A stretch of DNA of 64,000 nt, taken from contig JAYWIR010000043.1 in NCBI GenBank assembly GCA_036172245.1, positions 1,054,001-1,118,000 of the forward strand, given 5' to 3'. Below the pieces are notes generated by a model, which was not told the DNA's origin, searched no databases, and saw only the letters and a program-made list of their open reading frames with translations. A program made the translations under genes and the position numbers. This document shows, one piece after another, positions 1-11,672 of the stretch. The stretch comes from Raillietiella orientalis. Taxonomy: Eukaryota. How positions within the stretch are numbered: position 1 is the first letter of the stretch; every line of letters begins with the position of its first letter.

Positions 1-340
1 CAGCTCTCCCCAGCGCTGTCTTCCTCGTAGAAGGGCAATCGGGGTCGCAGCATCCGCCAGCTGCCCCATGATCCGTCCACTCAGGGTTCCCCCGAAGGGA
101 GCACTCTTCCAACAACCTGGAGAGGAACTCTCCAGGAGGAGGGGGGATGAACTCCATGTCATAACCGGAGGAGAATCCTGAAGCACTGTGATTCCTGGAA
201 GGACCCCTGAGATCCCAAGTCCCAATGTTGGGCTGGCCGACGGGAGCACCCGGTCAGCAACTCATGCGAGCGCCATTCCAGTGCCACACCTGAGCCAATG
301 TCCTGCGGGGAGACTCGAAACTCATGACGTATCGATTCTC
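1..340 (-). mobile_element. Decayed L1/Tx1-like non-LTR retrotransposon ORF2 fragment (post-RT region), cut by window edge
   Basis: Minus strand 1-90 translates GTLSGRIMGQLADAATPIALLRGRQRWGEL, matching LGSWTAD*LTDAATPIAPPKELWCWGELL at about 10810 and IGAWTTRQLADAATARTASKGLERWGEL at about 52930. It shares the 20-mer gtgattcctggaaggacccc with about 58475. Confidence 0.65.
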
Positions 341-351
341 TTGCCGATCCT

Positions 352-416
352 CCACGGCAGGATTCGAACCCACGACCTGCTCTTGATGCCGTGCGCGGCA
401 GCGTAGCCACGCGGCC
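352..416 (-). pseudogene. tRNA-derived fragment (pseudo-tRNA or SINE head)
   Basis: Minus strand has a perfect B-box/T-arm GGTCGTGGGTTCGAATCCTGCC and a degenerate A-box (GTGGCTACGCTG). It is too short for a full cloverleaf and has no credible D or anticodon arm. Confidence 0.4.
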
Positions 417-1149
417 GCCAACGAGAACCCTTATAACACGGATTCGCACAACGCGGAGGGCATTCTCCGCATTATATGGGGGCGAGGGGGGGGGGGGGAT
501 ACTGTCTGAAAAATGCAGTCGGAGACGCTACTGACTGGCAGCCTGGCATAGCAAAAGAAGACAGGCACGGTACGTGGGATGAAAGGAGAAAGGAAAAAAT
601 GAAAAAAAAAGAATAGGCACGTACACCTTTCGGAATCCTAAAAAAAAAAGAGGGTTCACCGGATGCACGCCCAACTGCAACACAGATCGGCGAAGGGTGT
701 GTGTGTGGAGGGGAGAAGGCCACAAGGAGAATGTTCCACGTGCAGGAACCACTCTGTGTTGTTATTATCCCTCAGGACTGAACGTACTGTCCGAGAGAGC
801 AGCGCCGCGCGGGCAGGGCGCGGACCGAATGCGCGGACGACGCACGGTTTGGGGAGGAGTAGGGGTCGCTTCCGAGCATTCTCGGTCGTTTCCTGGGGGA
901 GCTTGGACCCCGTCTCCAGAAGGCGTGAGGAACCTCGTGGGTCGAGTCAGGAGGGCCACGCGGCCGTAGCTGGAGCCAGTGACTTCCAGCAGGGCAATAT
1001 GAATGGGAAAAACTCCCGGCGGCGAGTCCTGGTGACTCCGAACGGTCCTGACCGGGAAGGGAGAGGTGCGGTCAGATCGGGCCGCAGGCGCGCTTCCGAC
1101 GGGCGACCCTCCTCCCCTGTTTCCAACTGCGGATTTTCCCCTTTGCTAT

Positions 1150-2291
1150 GCTCACATATGCCCCGTCCCTTGGCCAGCAGCGAAGGACTCTCCCTTCGCT
1201 GCTGCCGCGCTGCTGACAGGATGTCGGCATTCGGAGCTTCTCTGAGGATCCAGTCTCCCTCTCTCTACAAAAAGATCGCCGCGGCTGAGCGGGAATGCCC
1301 GAAGGCAGAAAAACACCTGGGCTGCAGCCCTGGAGCTCCCGTGTCCTGAGGAACTTCGTCCCCTGCGATCTCTCCCGATCCAGTCTCTAGGGGACGTCCA
1401 GCGGTAATGAGCGATGGTGATCCCGAGTGGACGCCACATTCCTTGCCCTGTGTGTCCCCTGGAGACTGCGGTTGCCGGCATCGCACCACTGCGGAAGCGA
1501 CCGAACTCCTCGGTAGCTGGAAGACGAGCGAGCTGTCGGACGAACGCCGCCACCCCACGTTGTCAAGACGACGGACTGCTTCGGCGGAGAGAACTCTTGA
1601 GATTGACACTCCGAAGGAACGTTGGTCCCTTCCCTGTATTTGGGCACTTTGGTGCTCCCTCTGGAATAGGAGCACGGAATGTGCTCTCTGTTCGCAGGGA
1701 GGGAGAACCCCAGCGCAGCGCGCGCTGGCGTCTCGTTTCCAGGGAGCCGCATCCCCACGCATTCTGAGGTGCGGGGAGGATCCTATCGTCCCACATCCCA
1801 GGAGGTTGCTGGACTTGAGTTCCCTCCCCCCCTTCGCAAACCGTGGCAGAGGCTGGCCCTCGGCGCTGCTGCGCCCGGAGGACACCACCGCCAAGGACTT
1901 GCCGCAGCGCGATTCTTCGCGCGTACGGCAGACCGTTGGCAAGCGCCGTGAACGCGAGATCGTGCTGCGCTCGCTCCCATCGTGACAGCCCGCCGCGTGC
2001 TGGAGTCCTCAGTGCAGCGATAAGAGGCCACCCGCGTGGCAGCCGCCCACACAAAAACGTAGGATTCTCCAGGGAGGTCCCAGAAGGAAGAGACGGTCCG
2101 AGACAAAGATCCCTGGCCTCCCTTCTTTTTTTTTTTTCTCGTTCATTTGCTATCCTCTCCCTCTTGTCCTGGACTTCCTGAATGAACCACCTGCATGTCG
2201 GCGATTCCTTCCCTGCAGGGCTCCTGTTGGTTTCCCTGGTAACCAGTATTTTTGATTTGCTCTTTCGTGGATGAAACGCTCCGGTGTGAAC
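1150..2291 (+). mobile_element. Decayed 3' portion of the same L1/Tx1-like element
   Basis: Frameshifted translation LGSWKTSELSD/NAATPRCQDDGLLRRRELL matches the family motif. A T-rich tail lies at about 2125 and a degenerate terminal motif atgaaa-cgctccggtgtgaac at 2271-2291. Confidence 0.55.
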
Positions 2292-4128
2292 GCTCAATTC
2301 TCCCCGGCGTGAAGTCGGACAGGATGACCCCGGGAGATCGTCCTACTCGACTCCTTCTGGCTCCTGGAAGACTACAGCAGCAGACTCGGAGGAGCGGTGG
2401 ATCGGGACTTACAGGATGACGAGCTCCCCGGCGTGCATCCAGTGGGGCTCACGAAGCAGGAAGCAGAGCCCTGCAGCAGCAGCATCCAGCATACACAAGG
2501 CACTTTCTGGGTGCAACGGTCGGATCGAACCAGTCAGCAGCCCCTGAGACGGCAAAAGACCCTGACTTTGGCCCCACAGACATCAGGATGGCTGGAAACA
2601 CTGAACGGAGCAGAGGAGATCGTCTGGAAAAGCTCCAGAGGGGAGGCAGAGGAGGAGGGAGACAGCCGCCCTCCGCCCGTCTTCCTGAGGAGTGCCCGCA
2701 GCAGCATGGAAGCCGGTTGCAGGATGCTGGGGGCTTCCGGGAGCGACGAGGCTGCGGGAACGCCTCAAGAGGGAGGTTCAATGCGTTCCAGCATCCAGCT
2801 GTCTCCTGAGGTCTACTGGAAGCTTCTTGAAGCCGTCGCGGACGTCAGCCTCGATCTGCTGGTGGAACGAGGATGGTGACCCTCGTCCCTGGCCGGAGCG
2901 AAGCTGGAGGGAGCTGTGCCGGCGGCGGTGCGTGGCCACTCTCACGTTCACCCCCGTGGGAGTTGCATGCGAGGCGAAGCGTGAGAGGGAGCTCTGCTTT
3001 CCAGTAGCCGCCCCCTCCGAGGTCTCTTTAAGCCCCTTCCCTCCCCTTCTTCGTCCTGCTCGCCGCCATCGTCATCGTGAAAATCACTGGGATGGCCGTC
3101 AACGTCACCGTCGTCGTCATCAACGACCGCAGTCTCCCTTCCCCTCAGCAACAGCCGCCACCACCACATGGATGGCCCCGGTCAGAAAGGCGGGGGAAGG
3201 ACGAGGAGAAGGCCGGAGTGATCTCGGTCTTCCGTTGGACTCCAATTAATTGAGAGGTCTGCTGTCGGCAAGCGCTCCCACGGGGCCGACGACCCACTTC
3301 GGCAAGCGCACACCGCGGGGTGACGGCGCCGGCTCTCGTCAGACACCATGAAAGGAGTCGGTTGCCACGGGCGGCAACCCGGGGACGCCAGAATCCTCAA
3401 GCGGCCGAGAGCGACTCGCCCTCCGAAGACGCCCAGATGCCGGCCGACGCAGCGAGCGAGCGAGTGGTCTGGAGGCGAGATCTTCTTGGAGACCTGGCGT
3501 GAAGGAGAGTTCCATGAGAACGGCCCCTGGTCTCGGTGGTCCAGTCGGTCCCGGCGGTGGGGAGTCATCCAGCCGAACCTGATCCAGACTCTTTTTGCGA
3601 GGCTCGCAACGACTGGAAGAGAAACGAAGAGAGAGGGGGGGAACGGAGGAGGGAGTGAAATGCTCCCCTACGACTACACGTAGGGCGTCACCCGCCTCCG
3701 CCCGGGAGCAGTGCGAAATCGAACCTGCTCTTCCCCCCACACCTGCATCGCGGGAGACGGCTGCCTGTCGCTTGCCTGCGGGGCGCAGTCTTGTTGTAGA
3801 GCGACAGTGCTCCCGGTGCAGACCCTCCCGCCGCGTCGCCGACCTGCGGAGGGGTTCTCCCCGTCCTGCCTTTCCTCCCGGCGGACCATGCGGGAATCGG
3901 CGGAGGGAGAGAAAGCGGCTGCCTCCCCGCAAGAGCGTCCGGAAAGGCGGCGCCGGGAGGCCGTCACGCGCGAGCGCTCGTCTCCGCCGCCGCCGCCATC
4001 CGATCCTCCGGAACGCTCACACATCCCGAGGGCTCCATCGGAGAGGCTCGACCGAGACGACGGTCGGGCCTCGCCGTCCTTCGGCAGGTCCTCCTCCTCC
4101 TCCGCCTTCACGGCACGAAAGCGAAAGT

Positions 4129-7038
4129 TCATCTCGAGATCGCTGGATGGAGACAAAGGAGAGAGCGGGAGAGCGCCTCTCGAACGCGCAGCCAGGGGGA
4201 GGACGGTGAGATCGTTGCGTGCTCCCTCTCAGGCGAAGAGCACTGCCCCCCCCCCTCTTCCCCCGGGAACCCGGCGAACACCAAGGAAGCGTTCCGCGGA
4301 CGAAGGAGCTGTTCGAACTCTTCCTCCCGGCGTGGATCACGCGGGAGGAGGAGCCTTGGGAAACTCCGCTGCCGGAGGCGGATAAAACAAAGAAGAAGAA
4401 AAAAATATTTTTCGGCGGCGCCATCGCCAAGAGGACCCAGAGGGAAGAGCGGGAGAAGTCGGGAAGCCCGGGAAGGGGAGCGCGCTGGCAGCGGCTGGCG
4501 GAAGCGACGTGGGCGTTCAGATGGGGCGATCCGCGAGCTCCCTGACTGGAGGACGCGTGCGAGGGAAGTCGCCTCTGGGCCAGACATGCCTCGGCCCATC
4601 GCCCGAGGTGAAGAAACAGGGCGGCGCTGTTGATCCAGCGCGCGCCGTACTCCAAGGCGCCTCCTCGGCGGAAGGATCCGCCACTCGCAGGGGTCGTCTC
4701 GTCGGCGTGCGTGGCTAAGCACTCCCCCACCTCCTTCCTCCCCCTTGGGAGCCGCCTACCTTCCTGCGCCGAAAACGGCGCGCGAGAGACGCGCGCAGAC
4801 CGAGCAAGTCGCCCCGTGTGCGTCGACGCCCACCTCGGTTGGGCGCCGAGAGATGTCAGCAATGAGCCTTGAAGGCTGTGCGGAAACACCGACGAAGAGG
4901 CTAGCAGGAGCGTCCGCAAGGGATCTGCTCCCGGGACCGGCTCCCGGCGGCGGCGGGAAACGCCTTCCGCCACGCTCCTCCCCATGCTGGTGCCGTGCCG
5001 GTCACGCACCTGCTTTTCCCCTCCCTTCCTCCTCCCACGCAAGTCCTCCTCCCTGCAGAGCTGCGGGGGAGGGAAGCTTCGGGAACGAGGAAGGAGCGAA
5101 GAAGTTTCGGCTACAGGGAAGCGGCAGTGGCCCCGAAGTCTCTCTTGTTGCCTCCCTGCGTAGGGAGCGCGGAAGGGGGAGGGAAGGGGGTCGCTGTCAC
5201 GCGCGCGCTAAAGGATCCGTCTGCCGCGTGGGGTGCGTCGGCAACTCGCGGCAGCCCCATACCGTGGAGAGATCGCTAGCGAAAGGCAAGGAAGAGCGGT
5301 CCGTTCCGATCCTCGTCCAGAAATCACTCTCCTCCCTCTTCCCTCCCTTTCCGCTGCTCTGGAGCGAGGACTCCTGGGATTCCTCACTCTCGGACGCGTC
5401 CCTCAGTGCTGAGTCTTCCCTTTGGGTGTTCGCCACCGTTCCGTTCCGTTTTTCTGGAACGTCAGGAGGAAGGAGGGGTTGCCAGGGAAACGACCTCCCG
5501 AGCTCGATCGCGAAGAGCGAACGGTTCCAGTCGCTTCATTTGCTCTGCAGCCCGCCGAAAAGCGGCTGCCCCCTTTGCAGTCTCCAGGCAGGGCTGCGCC
5601 CTCGACCTCCCTCTCTCGTGTGCGCTCTCCGCGGAGGAGGAGCTTCTTCGCACGCTCTCCATCCCCTCATCCCCCTTCCGCCACGAGGCGGAAGGGGGAT
5701 GAGGTAGGTAGGAAGCGCGTCTTCAGGTTCTCCCGTTCAAGCGGCGGCTTCCTACCGGAATCGCGCGAGCTTCGCGCCCGTCCCGCGCGAAGAGGTCAGG
5801 GCCGGCGTCCTTCCGCCAAGCGAAGCGATGAACGGGGATGACGACGCCATTCCTCGAAGAACCCTCCGGGCAAACGTGGCGGCATCGTCGCGAGCGTTCG
5901 CCCTCTTCCTCCGCGTCCCACCCGGGGACGGAATCGAAGAGACCCTCCCCCGCCACAGGAGCACGCGAGCAGCTTGGCAGCTTCCCCCTCGGAGTGCGCT
6001 CCCTGTTTGGGGGAGGGAGTGAGGAAGGGAAAAGGGAGAGGAGGGGGGGGGGGAGATTGGCAAGTGCCTTCTCCGCGAGCGTGCCCTCTTGCGAATTTCC
6101 AACTGCTGGAAGGAAAGCGGGGAGCGGTGCTGCCGCGATCCGTCTCAAGTGGTTGAGGCAGAGCCACGTCCTTCCTTTTCCTGGCGCCTGGGCGCCCACG
6201 GTGCCCGGAACGCCGCGGCGGAAGGGAAGCGGATGGGGGAAGATCACCAGAGCCAGCGTGTCGCGTGCCAAGAGCGTGCGGTCCCCTCCCCGCATGCTCC
6301 AAGGGAGCGCGATCGGCCGGGAAGGGGGGGATCCTTGCTCCGGGACGGCGGCTCTCTCGTGGAGGGTGCAGAGGGGTTCGCGGCATCAGCAAACCGCGAA
6401 CCTCCGGCAGCCCTCACGGCCGGAAGGACAGTTTGCAGGTCGTTCCAAACCAAAAAGCTTTCCTCCCTTTTCCCTGTGCCCGGAGCGCCCGTCATTCAGG
6501 CTCGAAGTATTACCGCGAGGGTCCGTGCGCCATTCAAATGCAAAGGGGGAGGAGGGAGGAGCGACGGGAAATCATCATCATCGTCATCGTCATCTGGAAT
6601 GCCGGGGCGCCATTCAAATTTGCCCTCGGGGGGAAGGGGGGCGGGGAACAGACCACGCGGAAAAACAGCAGGCGGCCGGCAGTAGGAAGGGTGGAAGAGC
6701 CGGTGGATGGCTCGCTCGTGTTCTTCGCTGCTCACCGCTGCGGTGGTCAGGACGCTGAGGAATCGCCTGAGGGTCAGGAGAAAGCGGGTGCTCCTCCCGG
6801 GACCGGAAAAAGTCCCTCTTTCTCCTCCGAGGAAGAACCCGGGAACCAGGAAGGGGTTTTCCCAGTCCTCCTTTTCCGAGGAGAACGACGCAGCTTTCAC
6901 GAAAATCCGCGGCGGCGGGCACCCTGGGATGGTCGACGACGGTCCCAACATCCCGTCCTCTGGATCCCACACGAGAAGATGCCCTCGGAGGAAGACGTCT
7001 CGCGCTGACGAGGAGAGGGCGGGGCTGCTTCTAGGCAT
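4129..7038 (-). CDS. Possible multi-exon GC-rich gene, tentatively a highly divergent STIL-like centriole protein; exon structure and 3' end unresolved
   Basis: ATG at 7038. Colinear peptide blocks in successive minus-strand ORFs resemble the vertebrate STIL N-terminal domain as I recall it: FLRGHLLVWDP / PRIFV / FFLG / LTLRRF (6496-7038), NDLQTVLPAVR (6244-6495), WLCLNHLRRIAAAPLP (5723-6295), and GAHSEGEAAKLL...PRVG after a pyrimidine-rich acceptor ending at 6003. Identity is low and the alignment is by eye. Confidence 0.35.
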
Positions 7039-7884
7039 CTTCCAGGCCTCGTACGAACCAAAGGAAAGTCTCCTCGGGAGCGCCGTTCCGCGAGAGCTTT
7101 CACGGTCGCTCGAAGCACCCGCATGCGGGGAGGAAGGGAAGGGTGGAAGAGGAGGAATAAGAAGATGGGCAACTTCCCGCTCCGCGTCGCGCGCCCTTGT
7201 GAATTCCCGATTGCGTGGACGCCAAGCGGGGGGCGAGCGACGCTGCGGTTCGCTACTTTGCTCCGCGTGGTCCGCCTTTCTTTTTTCCCCGAGCTCGCGC
7301 CGCCGTCCGAAGCCGCCCGCATCCGACGGGGCGTCCACTCGGCAAGCAGCGACACCTTCCTCGCTCGACCGCACCGTCTTGCAGAGTTCGCTGGTTGCCA
7401 CGCAACGGCGCCGAGCCCTCCCGAAGGGAAAGGAAGGACGAGAGAAAGAAAGGAAGGAAAGCAAAAGGGGGAAAGAGAGGAACGGGCGGAAGAAAGGAAC
7501 GGATTCCCATTGGAAAACCGCGGGAAGAGCGTCCTGCAAGTGCGCGCCAGCCGCGGAGCGCCGCGGAGCGCCGCGGTTCCGTCTCGGAAGACGAACCCGC
7601 GCGGAAGAAGTTGCGGCGGCGGCCGCTGCCACAGTCCCGCTGCGGCGGAGCCGGCGGACGACGGATAGTGCGACGAGAGGAGACAAATCGTTCGGGATGG
7701 AATCATTCGGAGGAACGTTGCGTGCACGAGGTCGGCGATGGCTGGTGAGGACTCCCGGCTGGGTCGCACGCACGCGCACGCGCACCAAAGAAGCACGCTG
7801 AAGACAAAAATAAAATAGCAGAAAACCCCAGCGAATTTTCATCGAGCAGCGGCGGCAACTCGTCGCGAGGTATGCGGGTTGATT

Positions 7885-7945
7885 GCTCGTGACGTCAGCC
7901 GGAAATCAGGATTCCCAGCTCGGAGGGGGAATTCCGGAAGCTTCC
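7885..7945. promoter_or_regulatory. Putative CpG-rich promoter with CRE and ETS-like sites
   Basis: TGACGTCA at 7890-7897 is immediately followed by CCGGAAAT, with TTCCGGAAG at about 7932. The cluster lies about 0.9 kb upstream of the candidate ATG at 7038. Confidence 0.35.
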
Positions 7946-10509
7946 CTGGATTCCTGGAGTCCCCGGGAAGCGCGCTCGGCTATTCCTGTTCGCGGGTGCG
8001 AGCTTTTCCGTCTTCGCGATCAGCGACCGCTGCCGGAGTTCGGGCGTGTCTGAGCGCGGTGGCCGGGTGGCCATGGGAAACGGGAAGGTCCCGGCTCGCC
8101 GCGTGTTGAATCCCCCCCGCGAGGGTGGCCCCTCAGAACCGCAGTCCGGAAGCGCGGTTCGTCCCCCCCGCCCCCGCGTTCCCCGGACTATCTTCGCCTC
8201 GCCTTGCGGGATCGGTCCGCCCCTCCCCCGTTCGTTTACTCACTCGCCCCGAGCATCCTAGCGTTCCCTCGTGCCTTCTTTGATCGGCAGACCTCTTCGC
8301 TTCGAGCCGAGGGAAATGCCTCGAGAGAAATTGCGTCTCCTTAAAATTCGATCTTCTAAGAAAGTGAAATTTCTCCGAAAGGATTTATTCACTCTTATTC
8401 TATCTGCTTATTTTGTTTATGCCTGCAACGGGCACCGCCCGGGACATCTGGGATGAAAAAAGGCGCCACCGTTGCCATGTTCCGCGAAAGCCCTCACTTT
8501 TACCGATCACACTGTGTCATCATCTTTCTCCCTGCCCTCCTTCTCTCTTCATTGCCGGGTGGAACAACGGAACGGCGTACCACGGCGATCCTGCAAGCAA
8601 CGCACCGGTGGCTCAACCCGAGAAGTCATTTGGTGGTCTCCTGCCTCGAGAAGAGTACGTCCTGTGCAGTGAGCATCTCCCGGATCCAACATTGCGGGCT
8701 GGACGGAGTCTGCTCCGCCGCTTCCGCGGATCGTGACGGGAGCGTTCTCTCTTTCTCTCCGCCCGGAAGCAGCATCACCAGCATCCGTCCCTGCACTCGC
8801 CGCCACCCCCATCTAGCGGAGATAACCGGAACCATGGAGGAAGATGCCTCCGAAATGCCGTGCGCTCCACCGGGGCTGAGGGGTTGCGGGGAGCGCGAGG
8901 TGAATCTGCGACCTCCTTGGAGGCCACCGTCCGCCGTGTTTGCGCGCTTCTTCGTACCGCGTGCCGAAATTGCACGTGAGCGAGCGTGAGCGAACGAGGA
9001 GAGCTTTTCCTGCGCTTACAAGTCCTACGCACGCGCGCACGCACACACGCGAGGAGCAGCTGCGGCCTGCGTGCGAGAATCGAAAGGCGGGGGGCGTCGG
9101 CTTACCCTCCCTCTCCCCCACCGTCCCCGATCTGTGGCCTCTAGCATCTTTTTCCATCACTTCCCCGCATCCAGCAAGATGGCATCTGCTGGACGCGAGC
9201 CAAAGAAAGGAAAAGAGAAAGTAGGCGGGGGAAGAAACTTTCCTCGGCGCGCTTTGGGCCCTTCCGTGCCCCACCGTAGGCATGGGTCTCCCCCGCGAGA
9301 GAAGCTCACACGTGCCGGCGTGCTCCTCGCGTGACGCCCGCCCGTTGGGACCGCGTGGCTGGGGAAAGGGGGCGCGGCGAGCGAGAAAAGGAGTGGAGGC
9401 GCCCTCCCCAAGGGGCGCGAAGCGGCCTCTCCCCGTCATCCCGGGGAAAGGAGGGCAGGTGTTTCCCTCTTTTGGGGGAGTCGCTCCGAAGGAAACCTCA
9501 GGTCTCTTCGCTCGTCCGGAGAGGAATCGTCTCCCTGGGGTCCGCCCTCCTCACTTCCTGATCTCGGCGCTACCCCCTCAGATCCCGCCCACCCACGCCT
9601 GCCCACACACAGACGGACGCCAACGCGCGCTGTCCCAATCACTCGAAGGCCGCGAGCCGCTTGTGGGGCGCGCGCGCCCACCTCCGCCTCCGTCCGCGTG
9701 GGACGACCGACCGGCACCGTCTTGCGCAGCGAGCCTCCTCCCTATCCCATTTCCGAGCATGGACGGGGGAAGGGGGGGAGGTGAATTACTCAGACACCGC
9801 ACGTGATCTGGGGAGGAAGGGGAGGTGACTCCTCCGCTTTGCGTACGAGGAACCGGCAGGCTGCTGCCGGACGCCCCATCGGTGAGCTCTTCGAAGGTCA
9901 CCTCCGCCTCATCTCGTCCTCGGAATCATCCGTGAGGGGCATGGGGGATCAGGGGAGAGAGAGCGTCGTCCGAGAGAGACGAGAAAGAGACGGGCGAGAC
10001 GCGTTGCACCTCCTACAAGATGACGCGACGGGCCGCCCCACGTCCTCGTGCTCGTCCAGGGCGAGAAGGGAAAAGGTGGTGCCTTCCAGGGGTGGCGGGA
10101 AGGGAGGGGAGGAAGACCACAGCTGTGCCTTCGAGGGTGGCCCGTCTCTGCTCCCGCGACGACGGTCCCACCTTTACCCCAGGCAAGGCTCCCGCCCTCC
10201 AGGCGCAAAGCGGGGCGAAAGGAGCGCAGGTGGGAAAGGAAAGGACTTCCCGCAGCCGATCGGACCCAATGGAAGGACGCGCATCTTCCCAGTAGTTCCT
10301 CCTGCTCTCCCACCCAGAGGTCGCCCGTCCGCGCCCCTGCACCTGCGGGTGAGGACGCCATTTTTAAAACCTGTGTGGCATCCACTGGTGGCGGCGCGTT
10401 GCTCCTCCTCTGTCCTCCCTTCCTCCCGCTCTCCTGGTCTGAAGGGACGCTCGCCCCAGTGGGGAAGAAGCCTTCGCATCCCAAAGAAAGGGCGGACTGC
10501 AGCTCCGGC

Positions 10510-11672
10510 GAGTGGCCAAGCTGACCAGGATGAACAACTGGATCTTCTGCCGGCCCGCGAACGGTAGCGCCTGGTTGCAGGAAACCGTTCGCACGTGGAC
10601 CAGGAACAAGGGAGCGAGCCTGAGGATGCGGCAGCGACTGGTGCACTCCTACAACAACTGCTCGCTGCAGGACGTCATCATGCAGCCCAACACGCGTGCG
10701 TGGGCTCGAAGAACTTCCCTAGCCGCGACAATGCCCTCTCTCAGGGAGCACCTGGGCAGTAGTCAGCCAAATGGGTGGTCCGATGTAAGATAAGTCTTCG
10801 GACTAAGGAGCTAGGTAGTTGGACTGCGGACTAGCTAACAGACGCTGCGACCCCAATTGCCCCACCGAAGGAACTGTGGTGCTGGGGTGAGCTGCTGGGA
10901 ATCCCGGAGGAAGTCCTCGAGTGTCCCCCAGCGCTGAAGAACAGCCAGACCCTCCCGTTCAAGTGTCAGGAGTCGGCACCCCTGCTGTTGCACTGGAGCC
11001 TCCCGTGCGACGCCCGCCGCTCTCACTGGACCCGAGGGGTTGTGGGCCCAAACTGCTGCAGGTGCGGGGCACGAGAATCGGAGCTTCCACACCTGCTCGT
11101 AGACTGCGTTGCCCTCCGGCCCCCATGGTTGCGTTATGCAACGGCTCTTGGCCCACCGACGGACAATCCCAGAGACGTTTTAAGAGCCTCTTTGTGAGCG
11201 ACGGCCCTTTGACTGCTGCATCCCTAGTAGCTCTTTGCTGCTGCCTACGCGGGATTGTGGCAGCCTGGAATTACGCGAGAGGAGGATGGAGCGAGAGGGA
11301 CGCCGTCTTCTTTGCCCTGCGCTTCCTGCGGACGGGAGGCAGCTAGATGGCCCCACCTGGGGCATGCACAGATGGAACTTGCCGGCATCCTGGAAAGAAT
11401 GCAGAGGGCGCCCTCCAGCGAACAGGAGCGCCATCCCTTCCCGTGCCCCCCTGAGTATTTTTTTTTTTTCTATTATTGATTTTAATTTTATTTTCATGTT
11501 TGATTTGTTTGCCCCCTCCCTCTCCCTCCGCCGCCGAGGAAAACCTCGCCGGCCGGCGTGCCGGTTACTCGGCAGATCCCGAGCATTTTCGGACAATATA
11601 GGGCCGACGGCCCTACACCTGAATGTTAATAATGTTTTATAATAAACCTTCCGGCGTGACTGGTTGATGAAC
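10510..11672 (+). mobile_element. 5'-truncated decayed L1/Tx1-like element: ORF2 C-terminus with CCHC finger, 3'UTR and terminus
   Basis: LHWSLP...NCCRCGARESELPHLLVDC (zf-RVT-type CX2C..H..C). AWLQETVRTWTRNKGASL matches AWRQETVQAWAKRNGTSL at about 56700 (minus). T-rich UTR, hairpin at 11533-11573, AATAAA at 11641 plus terminal motif. Confidence 0.8.

Noticed and set aside
2330..2880. Possible minus-strand ORF1 remnants (also about 11.7-13.1 kb and 15.5-16.1 kb)
   Set aside because: Probably decayed element 5' regions, but the similarity is too weak to call by eye.
8000..10450. Possible separate gene in GC-rich sequence with promoter-like motifs
   Set aside because: No consistent exon chain or recognisable peptide found.
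3300..10500. Many long overlapping ORFs (up to 448 aa) on both strands
   Set aside because: Expected from very high GC content; Arg/Pro/Gly/Ser-rich with no domain. Only short minus-strand blocks were kept as possible exons.
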